DNA from: Armatimonadota bacterium
GTDB lineage: Bacteria > Armatimonadota > Hebobacteria > Hebobacterales > Hebobacteraceae
Assembly (NCBI GenBank): GCA_015486155.1
Contig: WFSF01000260.1
Location: 1 to 44,600 of the forward strand
Direction of reading: 5' to 3'
DNA: 44,600 bases
The notes under the pieces were generated by a model. It saw nothing but the letters and a program-made list of their open reading frames with translations, was not told the origin of the DNA and did no database searches. The position numbers and the translations under genes were made by a program. This document shows, in pieces, positions 19,019 to 30,004 of the stretch; within the stretch, counting starts at the first letter, position 1; the number at the start of each line of letters is the position of its first letter.

Positions 19019-19096
19019 CTGTTTCCGCGGGGATCGCCGGAGTACCTGCTCTCCGGCGGAGCGGTGCAAGAGGAACTGCGCCCGATGACGCCGCGG

Positions 19097-19651
19097 TCAG
19101 CGGCCGCCGGCCGCTGACCGCTGGTACTCCAGCGCCTTGCGCAGCTGGACCTCGGTGATCAGCCCCTCCTGAACCAGCATCTCACCCAGGCGCTGCTTGG
19201 TCTTGCGCTGCTTCTCCAGCGCGGCGGCGAGTTGGCGCTCGCTGATCCACTGAAACTTGTAGACGAGCAACGCGCCCAGCATGGGCATCAATCTCTCTTC
19301 CGCCGCCCGCGGCCGCTCTGGTTTCTCCTGCTCCGGCTCCAGGGGAAGCACCGGCCTCCGCGGGCGCAATCCGGTGACTATCAGCACCACCCCGGTCGCC
19401 AACGCCACCACGCCAAGCCCCCACATCGAAGCCCGCTGGTTCTCCCACGCCTGCCCGAAGGCGACGCCGGCCGTCGCCGCCAGAGCCAGGCCCAGCACCA
19501 CCCGCGCCCACACGATCGCCAGAGGCTCCCGCGCGCGCGCGGCGCTCTTGCGGTTCGGATTTTTTACACCCTCGAAATCTCGCCTCGCCAACCTTGTCCC
19601 CTTCACACCGGAATCTGGACTTACGAGCCCTGCCTGGCCCACTCGGGACAT
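19097..19651 (-). CDS. Membrane-anchored protein with C-terminal MshEN/T2SSE_N-like (putative c-di-GMP-binding) domain
   Basis: Two hydrophobic helices (about aa 44-66 and 76-95). The C-terminus is MLGALLVYKFQWISERQLAAALEKQ-RKTKQ-RLGEMLVQEGLITEVQLRKALEYQ. Confidence 0.7.
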   Translation of the reverse strand: MSRVGQAGLVSPDSGVKGTRLARRDFEGVKNPNRKSAARAREPLAIVWARVVLGLALAATAGVAFGQAWENQRASMWGLGVVALATGVVLIVTGLRPRRPVLPLEPEQEKPERPRAAEERLMPMLGALLVYKFQWISERQLAAALEKQRKTKQRLGEMLVQEGLITEVQLRKALEYQRSAAGGR

Positions 19652-19723
19652 ATTTTAGATACCACATTTGGGTGCGCCTGACGAAACAAACAGAGTTCCC
19701 CTTCCAGTGGAGGACGCGGGCCG

Positions 19724-19923
19724 ATCATATTCCGCCTCGCGGAGCGGCGCCAGGGCCGGGTGGTGGTGCGGAAATACGATGTCCTATCACCGGAGGCCGA
19801 CCGCCACGGCGTGATGATGACCCCGACCGTGGTGGTGGACGGCAAGGCGGCGGCCTCCGGCCGCGGGGACTTTCCGCCAACCGACTGGAGCAACTGCTGG
19901 AGGCCCACCTCAAGGAAAAGTGA
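19724..19923 (+). pseudogene. Frameshifted 3-prime remnant of a small thioredoxin-fold (MTH895/redox-active disulfide protein 2-like) gene
   Basis: One frame reads VVVRKYDVLSPEADRHGVMMTPTVVVDGKAAASGRG (ORF 19760..). The family-like tail GLSANRLEQLLEAHLKEK-stop continues in the frame of ORF 19594..19923. No CxxC-encoding 5-prime part is present. Confidence 0.4.
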
Positions 19924-19982
19924 GAGCGGCCCGCCGAGGCGGGCCGCTCTTTCCATCTGCTGCTATCGGGACAAAGCCCCCG

Positions 19983-22900
19983 CTAGCTGTAGGGTATCCA
20001 GAGATTGAAGGCGCGCTGCACATACACGGCCATCTGCGCCCGGGTTACCAGCTCGTCCGGATGGTATCCGTCCCAGTATCCGTGCACGATATCATGCGCC
20101 ACACAGTATTCGATGTACTTGTAGGCCCAGTGGCTAGTCGGTACATCGGAGAAGGTCGCCGTCGTAGGCCCGTCCGGGACATTGTCATCTCCCCCCGCCA
20201 CTGCGCGCGCCACGTACACCGCCATCTGCGCCCGGTTCACGTTCTCGTCCGGGTGATACCCGTCCCAATATCCATTTACGATCCCCTGGGCCACGCAGTA
20301 CTCGATGTACTTGTATGCCCAGTGGCTAGTCGGTACATCGGCGAAAGTCGCCGTCGTAGGCCCGTCCGGGACATTGTCATCTCCCCCCGCTATCGCACGC
20401 GCCATGTACACCGCCATCTGCGCCCGGGTGACCACCTCCTCCGGGCGATACTCATCCCCGTATCCGTTTACGATCTCCGCCTCGTAGCAGGCGATGATGT
20501 AGTTGCACGCCCAGTATCCGGGCCCGGCGTCCGGGAAGCCCACGATCACCTGGCGCGGGGCTACGCGGATGCCGTAGTGCAGGTAGTCTGATGGCTCTCG
20601 GTAACTGACTGCTGAGACGGAATAGAAGCCGGGCTCGGTGTACTGGTGCGTGACATTCTCGCCCACTACGGTTTCCGGGCCGTCCCCGAACCACCAGTTC
20701 GGCGTTGTGTACTCAGGCAGCCCGTGGCCCTCGAAATTCACCGTCGAACCGACCGTCGTCGCCGTCGGAGTGAAACTCATGTACACGAACGGATTGCGGT
20801 TCAACTCCACAATCTCGTTCATCACCAGCTCCACCACGTCCTGGATGCTGTCGTTGTCCGCGTCCTGGTCTCGCTCGTCCCACAGGAAACCGTTGGCGAT
20901 GGTGGTGCCGTAATTTCCCACCACCACCGCGGCCTTGCCGGTCGTTTGGCTGGATGTGTACCCTGCCACCGCGATGGCGCTGTCCTGCACGGTCAATTCA
21001 TGCCCATCCGTTCCCCATCTATCGTGCCATGTGGTCAGGTTCGGCACGCTGTTCGGGGTGGTAAAATACGGAGACGAGACCCAGGCATACACCGTCCCAA
21101 GGGTCCCAATCGAGCTTCCAGCCGTCACATCATACGCCGCCGCCAGGTCGGGCAGTGCCCCGAACCGCCAGGTGCTGATGGCCGACTTGCCATGCACATT
21201 CAGATAGTCGATCAGAGAATCGAAGTACTCCGTGTGGCCATACGCCGCAGGTGGATTTGAGGGATTATCCACCACCACCAGGTCCCATTGCCCCGTGGTC
21301 AATTTCCGGTCGAAGTCACTCGGACCTGAGGTGGTGAACCTATATCCCAGCCGTTTCAGTGCCTCCGCACCCACGTGGTAGTGCACACTGGCCTCGTACA
21401 GCAGTATCCGCCTCGCATTCCGCGGGTACTGCACCGCGTTGGCGAGGATGCGGGCCGCGTCGGCGTCGTAGGCGTAGAAATCGTATCCCAGAGCGACCAC
21501 TCCGCCCGCGCCGTAGTCGCGCACCGCCACCACAGCGTGACCGGAGCCGTCTGTGACGACCGGCAGGGCTTCACTGCCCACAGTGTAGAAGGATGTGTAG
21601 TTCTGTCCGGTGACCGAGGACCCAATTCCAGCAGCCACCGGGTGCCAAGGCGCCACCACCGGGAGTGTCACCGATGAGGCGCTTCCACTATCGTAGGTGA
21701 TATCCATGAGGCCTGTGGCAGTCAGGAAGCCTTGCTTGTTCGAATACTCGCAACACTCTACGACCGTGCCCCCATTGCTCACGAAAGTCTGCAAGGTGGA
21801 GGCGAACCGGCTGCCGGCGTTTGCAAGCAACGTATTCGTGGCGCTCTCCGGCTCCGGCGCCAGGAACACGTGCTTGCCCTCGAGGGCGGTGGCGAGCTTG
21901 TTTTCGTCTCCGCTCGTCTGGCCGTCAATGGGGAACTCCTGCACCAGGAACGTGCCCCCCATCGCCTCCTCGAGTGCCTGAATGGTATTGAGGTATTCTT
22001 CGTCCATGTCCGCATACGCCGTCCATGCCAGAATCGGAACCGGCGGCCCGTTCCAGATCTGGATATCGTCTATGTTCCATCCGCAGTAGGTTACACTGGC
22101 GTCCGTCGGCCCCATCTGCCAGCGGATGTAGACGGTGGGCTGGCCGTCTGCAATGTTCGAGATGTCATACATGCAGAGCTGCCAGTGGTCGTCAATGATC
22201 GTCGCGTGCGGGTTCTGCCACACCGTCGTCCAAGCGGAGCCATCAGTGGACACCTGCACCACCGCGTGGTCGAAGGTCGCGCTCTCCACCCCCAGCCACC
22301 GCCAGAACACCAGCGTCGTATCCTCGATATCCGAGCAGTCAATCGCGGTCGTGGTGAGATAGGAGGCCGACATGCTGTTCGAATAGGCGCCCGACAGGTT
22401 GTAGCCGTAGACGAGGTTGCCCGTGTGGCCGCTGGACGGGTCTCCACTGGTGCCTTGGGGAACGCCGAATGCCCACCCGCTGCCCCTGCTCCAGCCGGGG
22501 TCCGTGTTCAGATCCCAGGTGTAGACCGGATATGACCCCGGCGCGCCGGACCAGATCTGCACATCGTCAATCGCCCAGCCGGCGAAATTCCAGCTGCCGT
22601 CCGTAGGCCCCATCACCCAGCGGACGTACACCGTCGACTGGCCGTCGGCCACCGACGAGATGTCGTACACGCAATACTGCCAGGAGTCCGCACACAGGAC
22701 GTAGTCGGCGGGATTCTGCCACACCGTGGTCCAGGAAATTCCGTCCGATGACACCTCCACCGAGGCATTGTCGGAACTCCCTTGATCCATCGACAACCAA
22801 CGCCAGAATGCCAAGTGGGTGTCGGTGACGTTGGAGCAGTCGATCGCGTTCGTTTTCAAGTACCGCGCGGGCATGTCGTAATCGTAGCTGCCATCGAGAT

Positions 22901-23120
22901 TGTAGGCATAGATGTTATTGCCGGTGTGAGCTCTGGGGGGATTCGAATAGCCGCACGATGCGGCAGCCCCGGTCGGCGCCCCAAACTGCCAGTCCCCGGT
23001 CGTACTCCACCCGGGGTTGCTGTCCAGGGGCCAGGAATAGACGAGCGTGCCCGCCATGGCGGGGACCGCCGCGCACAACAGGAGTGCCAGCCATAAGACC
23101 AGCAGACGTGTGCTTCGCAT
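19983..23120 (-). CDS. Large secreted surface protein: 2 x MAM/InhA-like beta-sandwich, central region, PKD-like domain, 3 x SLH
   Basis: Signal peptide MRSTRLLVLWLALLLCAAVPAMA. Two roughly 170-aa repeats (GW..G.W.FG.P...HTGN.[IV]Y.YNL.G.Y...M...L.T.AIDCS...DT.L.FWRWL...V.VS.DG..WTTVWQNP). PKD-like NFEGHG...WWFGDG...HQYTEPGFYSV. Three C-terminal SLH units (F.DVPTSHWAYKYIEYCVA..IV.GYWDGYHPDE.V.RAQMAVYVARA). GAGGAGG lies upstream of the ATG. Confidence 0.9.
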   Translation of the reverse strand: MRSTRLLVLWLALLLCAAVPAMAGTLVYSWPLDSNPGWSTTGDWQFGAPTGAAASCGYSNPPRAHTGNNIYAYNLDGSYDYDMPARYLKTNAIDCSNVTDTHLAFWRWLSMDQGSSDNASVEVSSDGISWTTVWQNPADYVLCADSWQYCVYDISSVADGQSTVYVRWVMGPTDGSWNFAGWAIDDVQIWSGAPGSYPVYTWDLNTDPGWSRGSGWAFGVPQGTSGDPSSGHTGNLVYGYNLSGAYSNSMSASYLTTTAIDCSDIEDTTLVFWRWLGVESATFDHAVVQVSTDGSAWTTVWQNPHATIIDDHWQLCMYDISNIADGQPTVYIRWQMGPTDASVTYCGWNIDDIQIWNGPPVPILAWTAYADMDEEYLNTIQALEEAMGGTFLVQEFPIDGQTSGDENKLATALEGKHVFLAPEPESATNTLLANAGSRFASTLQTFVSNGGTVVECCEYSNKQGFLTATGLMDITYDSGSASSVTLPVVAPWHPVAAGIGSSVTGQNYTSFYTVGSEALPVVTDGSGHAVVAVRDYGAGGVVALGYDFYAYDADAARILANAVQYPRNARRILLYEASVHYHVGAEALKRLGYRFTTSGPSDFDRKLTTGQWDLVVVDNPSNPPAAYGHTEYFDSLIDYLNVHGKSAISTWRFGALPDLAAAYDVTAGSSIGTLGTVYAWVSSPYFTTPNSVPNLTTWHDRWGTDGHELTVQDSAIAVAGYTSSQTTGKAAVVVGNYGTTIANGFLWDERDQDADNDSIQDVVELVMNEIVELNRNPFVYMSFTPTATTVGSTVNFEGHGLPEYTTPNWWFGDGPETVVGENVTHQYTEPGFYSVSAVSYREPSDYLHYGIRVAPRQVIVGFPDAGPGYWACNYIIACYEAEIVNGYGDEYRPEEVVTRAQMAVYMARAIAGGDDNVPDGPTTATFADVPTSHWAYKYIEYCVAQGIVNGYWDGYHPDENVNRAQMAVYVARAVAGGDDNVPDGPTTATFSDVPTSHWAYKYIEYCVAHDIVHGYWDGYHPDELVTRAQMAVYVQRAFNLWIPYS
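19990..20565. repeat. Three tandem 192-bp intragenic repeats encoding the SLH domains
   Basis: The marker ACACCGCCATCTGCGCCCGG (ACACGGCC... in the first copy) recurs at about 20024, 20216 and 20408, a period of 192. Segments 20110-20198 and 20302-20390 differ at only a few positions. Confidence 0.85.
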
Positions 23121-23273
23121 GATACCTCCTCAGTTCTCTAATATGCTCCCGCCGCACTGAGACGACGGCAATACGAACCGGCGGAGACATCACCCCCCTC
23201 GTGCATATCGCGTGCGCTCCACCACCCGACCGCGCTTGGCCCCATGTGCCGGCCAGCGCCTCCCCCCATTATT

Positions 23274-23302
23274 CTATTACCATTTCCACCTCTCCTTCTC
23301 AA
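23274..23302 (-). promoter_or_regulatory. Candidate sigma70-type promoter of the SLH-protein gene
   Basis: The minus strand reads TTGAGA (23302-23297), N17, TAATAG (23279-23274). This implies a 5-prime UTR of roughly 145 nt. Confidence 0.3.
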
Positions 23303-23384
23303 ACCCTTCACACTTCCTTCGCAATTTGTGAACCATTTGGCATGGTAGAGAGACAGGGGCATGCGCAACAGACAACGCCCGGCT

Positions 23385-23668
23385 CACAGTTGTCATCCCG
23401 AGCCCGAGCGCCGCAGGCGCTCGGCCGTAATAACGCAAGGCCTGTCTTGAACGAAGTGAAGGAGATCCATCCGGCGACGCACGCGCAGCGCGTCGCCATA
23501 AATCCGCGGTCCTCTTGCTTGTCCTGCGTAGTCCGCCATAGGCGGACGAAGCAGGGCGGCGGGGCAACCCGCCACACGGCCGGCGGGCAGGCCCATGCCC
23601 GCCATGGCGGGCTTGGGACTTGTCTGCCTCGGGCAGAAAGCCCGCCCTACCGCGGGCCCTGCCCCTCC
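23385..23668. repeat. Mosaic of GC-rich hairpin modules, locus B (same family as 5691-6112)
   Basis: 23391-23440 and 23465-23529 match 5893-5942 and 5943-6008 with 4 mismatches in total. 23522-23555 matches 5745-5779. 23594-23616 and 23622-23637 are variants of 5849-5872 and 5802-5818. Confidence 0.8.
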
Positions 23669-24505
23669 TCACACATACTGCGACAGGAACCGCGCTGCCT
23701 TCACGAACCCCTCCTCCACCCCGAGGGCGCGGTCCTCGTGCTCGATGCTGAGCGCCCCATCATACCCGGCCGCGCGCAGCCGCGCGATGTACACGCCCCA
23801 ATCAATCTCGCCATAGCCGGGGATCACGTACCGCCACCAGCCGGAGGACTGATTGCCGACCCGCCGCAGCACATGCTCCTTGATCTCCACGTCCTTGGCG
23901 TGGGTGTGGAAGATGCGGTCGGCGAACTCGTCCACCGCCGCGAGATAATCGATCCCCTGCCAGTGCAGGTGAGAGGGATCGAAGTTGAGGCCCAGGTTGG
24001 CGTCTGGGACCACCTCGAAGACCCGCCGCCAGTGTTCGAGGTTCATGATGTTGGTGGCGAACCAGTTCTCGAAGGCGATCTTCACCTTCTTCTCCGCCGC
24101 GTACTTCGCCAGCGGCCCGAACACGGGGGCGAAATCCTCCTCGATGGTCTGCATCCGGTCCTTTCCGGGAAGGGGCATTCCCGCCAGCGTGCACACCACC
24201 TCCACCCCCAACGCGGCCGCCGCCTCGATCACGGACTTCATCCCCTCGGCCAGCTCCCCGCGGCGTGATTCGTCCGGGTCGAGCAGGTTCACGTAATGGG
24301 CGAGGCTGGAGATGCGCACCCCCGCCTCGCTCAACACCTGCTCCACCTCCACCACCCGCATCGCATTCAGCGTCTCGGTATCGAGGTGGCCCATCCCGGG
24401 GCCCGCGGTCACCTCCAGCGCGGAGATGCCGTTCTCCGCCGCGAATCCGATCACGTCCTCCAGGCGCTCCTCCTTCAACGGAGCCGTCAACAAGCCGATC
24501 TCCAT
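23669..24505 (-). CDS. Sugar phosphate isomerase/epimerase (xylose-isomerase-like TIM barrel)
   Basis: Blocks ISALEV, KIAFEN, LNFDPSHL, HAKD and GYDGALSIEHED. Confidence 0.85.
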   Translation of the reverse strand: MEIGLLTAPLKEERLEDVIGFAAENGISALEVTAGPGMGHLDTETLNAMRVVEVEQVLSEAGVRISSLAHYVNLLDPDESRRGELAEGMKSVIEAAAALGVEVVCTLAGMPLPGKDRMQTIEEDFAPVFGPLAKYAAEKKVKIAFENWFATNIMNLEHWRRVFEVVPDANLGLNFDPSHLHWQGIDYLAAVDEFADRIFHTHAKDVEIKEHVLRRVGNQSSGWWRYVIPGYGEIDWGVYIARLRAAGYDGALSIEHEDRALGVEEGFVKAARFLSQYV

Positions 24506-24558
24506 TTTTCTTCCTCCCAGGCGATGTTACCGCGTCCGCCCGCCGATACCTTCCGCCC

Positions 24559-24588
24559 TTGCCCCCCGCCTTTCCCTCGTGCTATCAT
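24559..24588 (+). promoter_or_regulatory. Candidate promoter giving a leaderless GNAT-aroQ-pepP transcript
   Basis: TTGCCC (24559-24564), N18, TG-C-TATCAT (extended -10, 24580-24588). The ATG at 24595 is 6 nt after the -10 element and there is no SD. Confidence 0.3.
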
Positions 24589-24594
24589 CCCGCC

Positions 24595-25080
24595 ATGCAG
24601 CCCGAGCTTCGTCCCGCACGCGTGCACGACGTCCCGGCCATCCACCAACTGGTCAACCGTTTCGCCGACCGGGGGGAGATGCTGCCGCGCTCGCTGAGCG
24701 AGATCTATGACCATCTGCGCGATTACATGGTAATTGAGAGCGACGGCAGAGTCGCCGCCTGCTGTGCGCTGCACGTCACCTGGGGCGACCTGGCGGAGAT
24801 CAGAAGCCTCGCTGTGGAGGAGGAGTCCCGTGACCGCGGGTTCGGGAGGCGGCTGGTGGAGGCCTGCATCGCGGAGGCGCGCGCGCTCGGCCTGCCCCGC
24901 ATCTTCGTCCTCACCTACCTGCCGGAGTACTTCGCGCGGTTCGGATTCGCGCGCGTCGAAAAGAGCGAGCTGCCCCAGAAAGTATGGAGCGAGTGCATTC
25001 GCTGCCCCAAGTTCCCCGACTGCGGAGAGGTGAGCATGATTCTGGACCTTCCGCAACCAGGCGAGGAGATTTCACCATGA
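24595..25080 (+). CDS. GNAT N-acetyltransferase (short ArgA / N-acetylglutamate-synthase-like)
   Basis: ORF 24265..25080. I place the real start at ATG 24595 ([20 protein letters not shown]). It has [21 protein letters not shown] and a C-terminal Cys cluster [10 protein letters not shown]. Confidence 0.85.
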   Translation: MQPELRPARVHDVPAIHQLVNRFADRGEMLPRSLSEIYDHLRDYMVIESDGRVAACCALHVTWGDLAEIRSLAVEEESRDRGFGRRLVEACIAEARALGLPRIFVLTYLPEYFARFGFARVEKSELPQKVWSECIRCPKFPDCGEVSMILDLPQPGEEISP

Positions 25081-25532
25081 AAAAACCCCGCATCACGGTG
25101 ATCAACGGCCCCAACCTCAACCTGCTCGGCGCCCGCGAGCCGGACATCTACGGGGCCAAGACCCTGGAGCAGATCAACCAGGACATCGCCGCGCTCGCCG
25201 CGGAGCTCGGGGTGGCCGTCTCCTTCCACCAGTCCAACAGCGAGGGAGCACTCATCGAGGCGGTCCAGGCCTGCCGCGGCTCCGCCGACGCCATCATCAT
25301 CAACCCCGCCGGCTATACCACCACCAGCGTGGGCCTGCTCGACGCCGTCAGGGCCGTGGGCCTGCCCACCGTGGAGGTGCATCTCAGCAACATCCATGCC
25401 CGCGAGGAGTTCCGCCGCCGCTCGCTCATCGCCCCCGCGGCCATAGGCCAGATCTGCGGCTTCGGCCCCGACAGCTACCTCCTCGCGTTGCGCGCGCTGG
25501 CGGCGCGGCTGGGGGCTGCGGAGGGCGCATGA
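25077..25532 (+). CDS. aroQ: Type II 3-dehydroquinate dehydratase
   Basis: [50 protein letters not shown] and [19 protein letters not shown] overlap with the GNAT stop. Confidence 0.93.
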   Translation: MKKPRITVINGPNLNLLGAREPDIYGAKTLEQINQDIAALAAELGVAVSFHQSNSEGALIEAVQACRGSADAIIINPAGYTTTSVGLLDAVRAVGLPTVEVHLSNIHAREEFRRRSLIAPAAIGQICGFGPDSYLLALRALAARLGAAEGA

Positions 25533-26614
25533 GCACCTCCCGCGCCAAGCGGCTCGACGGAATTCGCCGGGCGGTGGCGGAGGCCGGGCTCGATGGGCTG
25601 GTGGTATCCTCGCCGGCCGACATTTTCTACCTCAGCGGCTTCCGCGGCTCCGCGGGCGCGCTGCTGGTCACCCGGGACCGCGCCCTGCTCTTCAGCGACT
25701 TCCGCTACCGCCTCCAGGCCGCCCGCCAGGCTCCCGAGTGGGAGTTCGTGGAGGTGCCGCGCCGGCTGTTCGCGCGGCTCGGAGAGACGTCCGCGGAGGC
25801 CGGGCTGCGCCTGCTCGGCTTCAATCCCGCGCACCTCACCTGCAAGCGGAGGGACGAGCTCGCGGAGGCGGCCCCGCAGGTGGAACTTAGGCCCTGCGAG
25901 GGACTGGTGGAGGAATTGCGGGCCGTGAAATCGCCCGACGAGGTGGAGGCGATCCGCGCCGCGGCGGCCCTGTCCGACCGGGCGATGGCGGCGCTCGTGG
26001 AGGCGCTGCGGCCGGGCGTGAGCGAACGGGACCTGGCGCTCGAGGCCGAATTCCTGATGCGCCGCGCGGGGGCGGAGGCGGTCGCCTTCGACCTCATCAT
26101 CGCCTCCGGACCCAACAGCGCCCTCCCCCACGCCCAGCCCGGAGACCGCGCGCTCGCGTCCGGCGACCTGGTGGTGATGGACATCGGGGCCAGGGTGCGC
26201 GGCTACTGCTCGGACATGACCCGCACCTACGCCGTGGGGAAGGCATCCCCGCGGGCGCGGGAAATCTACCGCATCGTCTATCAGGCCCAGCGGGAGGCCG
26301 CGGCGGCGGTGCGGCCGGGCGCGGTGTGTGGAGAACTGGACAGATTGGCGCGATCCGTGATAGAGAATGCCGGGTTCGCGGAGTACTTCGGACATGGGCT
26401 GGGGCATGGCGTGGGGATCGAGGTGCATGAGGCCCCTCGCCTGGGCCGGAACGGGGAACGAATCTTGACGGTGGGAAATGTGGTAACGGTGGAACCGGGG
26501 ATTTACCTGCCGGAAACGGGAGGGGTGCGCCTGGAGGATCTGCTGGCGGTCACCGAGGACGGCGCGGAGACGCTCACCCGGTCTCCGATGCCGTCCGAGT
26601 TGCCGATAGTCTGA
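25529..26614 (+). CDS. M24B Xaa-Pro aminopeptidase/dipeptidase
   Basis: Creatinase-like N-terminal domain followed by the pita-bread metal ligands ([46 protein letters not shown]). ATGA overlap with the aroQ stop. Confidence 0.9.
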   Translation: MSTSRAKRLDGIRRAVAEAGLDGLVVSSPADIFYLSGFRGSAGALLVTRDRALLFSDFRYRLQAARQAPEWEFVEVPRRLFARLGETSAEAGLRLLGFNPAHLTCKRRDELAEAAPQVELRPCEGLVEELRAVKSPDEVEAIRAAAALSDRAMAALVEALRPGVSERDLALEAEFLMRRAGAEAVAFDLIIASGPNSALPHAQPGDRALASGDLVVMDIGARVRGYCSDMTRTYAVGKASPRAREIYRIVYQAQREAAAAVRPGAVCGELDRLARSVIENAGFAEYFGHGLGHGVGIEVHEAPRLGRNGERILTVGNVVTVEPGIYLPETGGVRLEDLLAVTEDGAETLTRSPMPSELPIV

Positions 26615-26639
26615 CAAACCCGCACAAGGAGAGATAACC

Positions 26640-29866
<3,227 letters not shown>

Positions 29867-30004
29867 GACGCGCCTGGAGGGCGGGGGTGATGACCGCGCC
29901 CCCCTGCTTGTCTGTCGGAACCAGAGCGAGGGGCGGATGGGGCGGGTCTATACGCCGCCAAAGATGGGACCTCCGCCGTGAAGAGAACAACCCCTTGATA
30001 GAGG

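Noticed and set aside
21256-21266. TTATCCACC, a one-mismatch DnaA-box-like 9-mer; gyrB lies elsewhere in the window.
   Set aside because: It is a single copy inside the SLH-protein coding sequence. There is no cluster of boxes and no AT-rich unwinding element. I saw no oriC-like region near gyrB either.
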